From Chrysomallon squamiferum (taxonomy: Eukaryota; Animalia; Mollusca), in contig CM022668.1 of NCBI GenBank assembly GCA_012295275.1, positions 10,912,001 to 10,976,000 of the forward strand: 64,000 nt of DNA, written 5' to 3'. Shown here piece by piece: positions 63,788-64,000 of this stretch. Each line of letters begins with the position of its first letter. Position 1 is the stretch's first letter. A model generated the notes under the pieces. It was given only the letters and a program-made list of their open reading frames with translations. It had not been told where the DNA came from and ran no database searches. The translations under genes and the position numbers were made by a program.

Positions 63788-63932
63788 GTAAGTATGTGTG
63801 ATAATTAGTTAATATCTTTCGTTCTTCTTGGTATACAGTTATTTTAATATGTCAAGTGTGTTAACACTGAGGTTTGAAAATCTGTTTGTTTTCCATTAAT
63901 GTCAAAACAGTGTTATAGCGGTAGAAACTAAC

Positions 63933-63999
63933 AAATTTCCAAAGATTCACAAGAAATGCTTATATTATGTTAGTCGTATATTATAATGTAAATAAATAA
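63933..63999. repeat. Direct copy of the GPCR proximal 3'UTR segment 23444-23510
   Basis: aaatttccaaagattcacaagaaatg..tatatta..ttagtc.tatattataatgtaaataaataa; 62/67 identical, same orientation. Confidence 0.85.
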
Positions 64000-64000
64000 T

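Overview
AT-rich, microsatellite-dense animal genomic DNA; gene content and repeat style suggest a mollusc, possibly a cephalopod (inference). Most listed ORFs are microsatellite artefacts. Reading GT-AG boundaries and exon phases by hand gives four spliced genes. (1) Minus 23528-37821: a complete 9-coding-exon, 429-aa neuropeptide GPCR of the CCAP/neuropeptide-S receptor type. (2) Minus 16962-21971 (gene A): an intact 417-aa type I membrane protein, signal peptide + F-type (fucose) lectin + 2 TSP1 + TM + tail. (3) Minus 1199-12365 (gene B): a tandem paralogue with a damaged F-lectin domain and 8 TSP1 exons, four of them from a recent ~1.8-kb exon+intron tandem amplification with mosaic variants. 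(4) Plus 57732 to beyond the window end (gene C): a probably secreted PAN/apple protein with at least 10 one-exon EGF-like modules. Also present: a hAT-type MITE with TIRs and an 8-bp TSD, a 1.35-kb inverted-repeat element, several minisatellites, an excess of TGACGTCA sites, and a 67-bp copy of the GPCR 3'UTR at the right edge. No prokaryotic features, CRISPR arrays, rRNA or tRNA were found.
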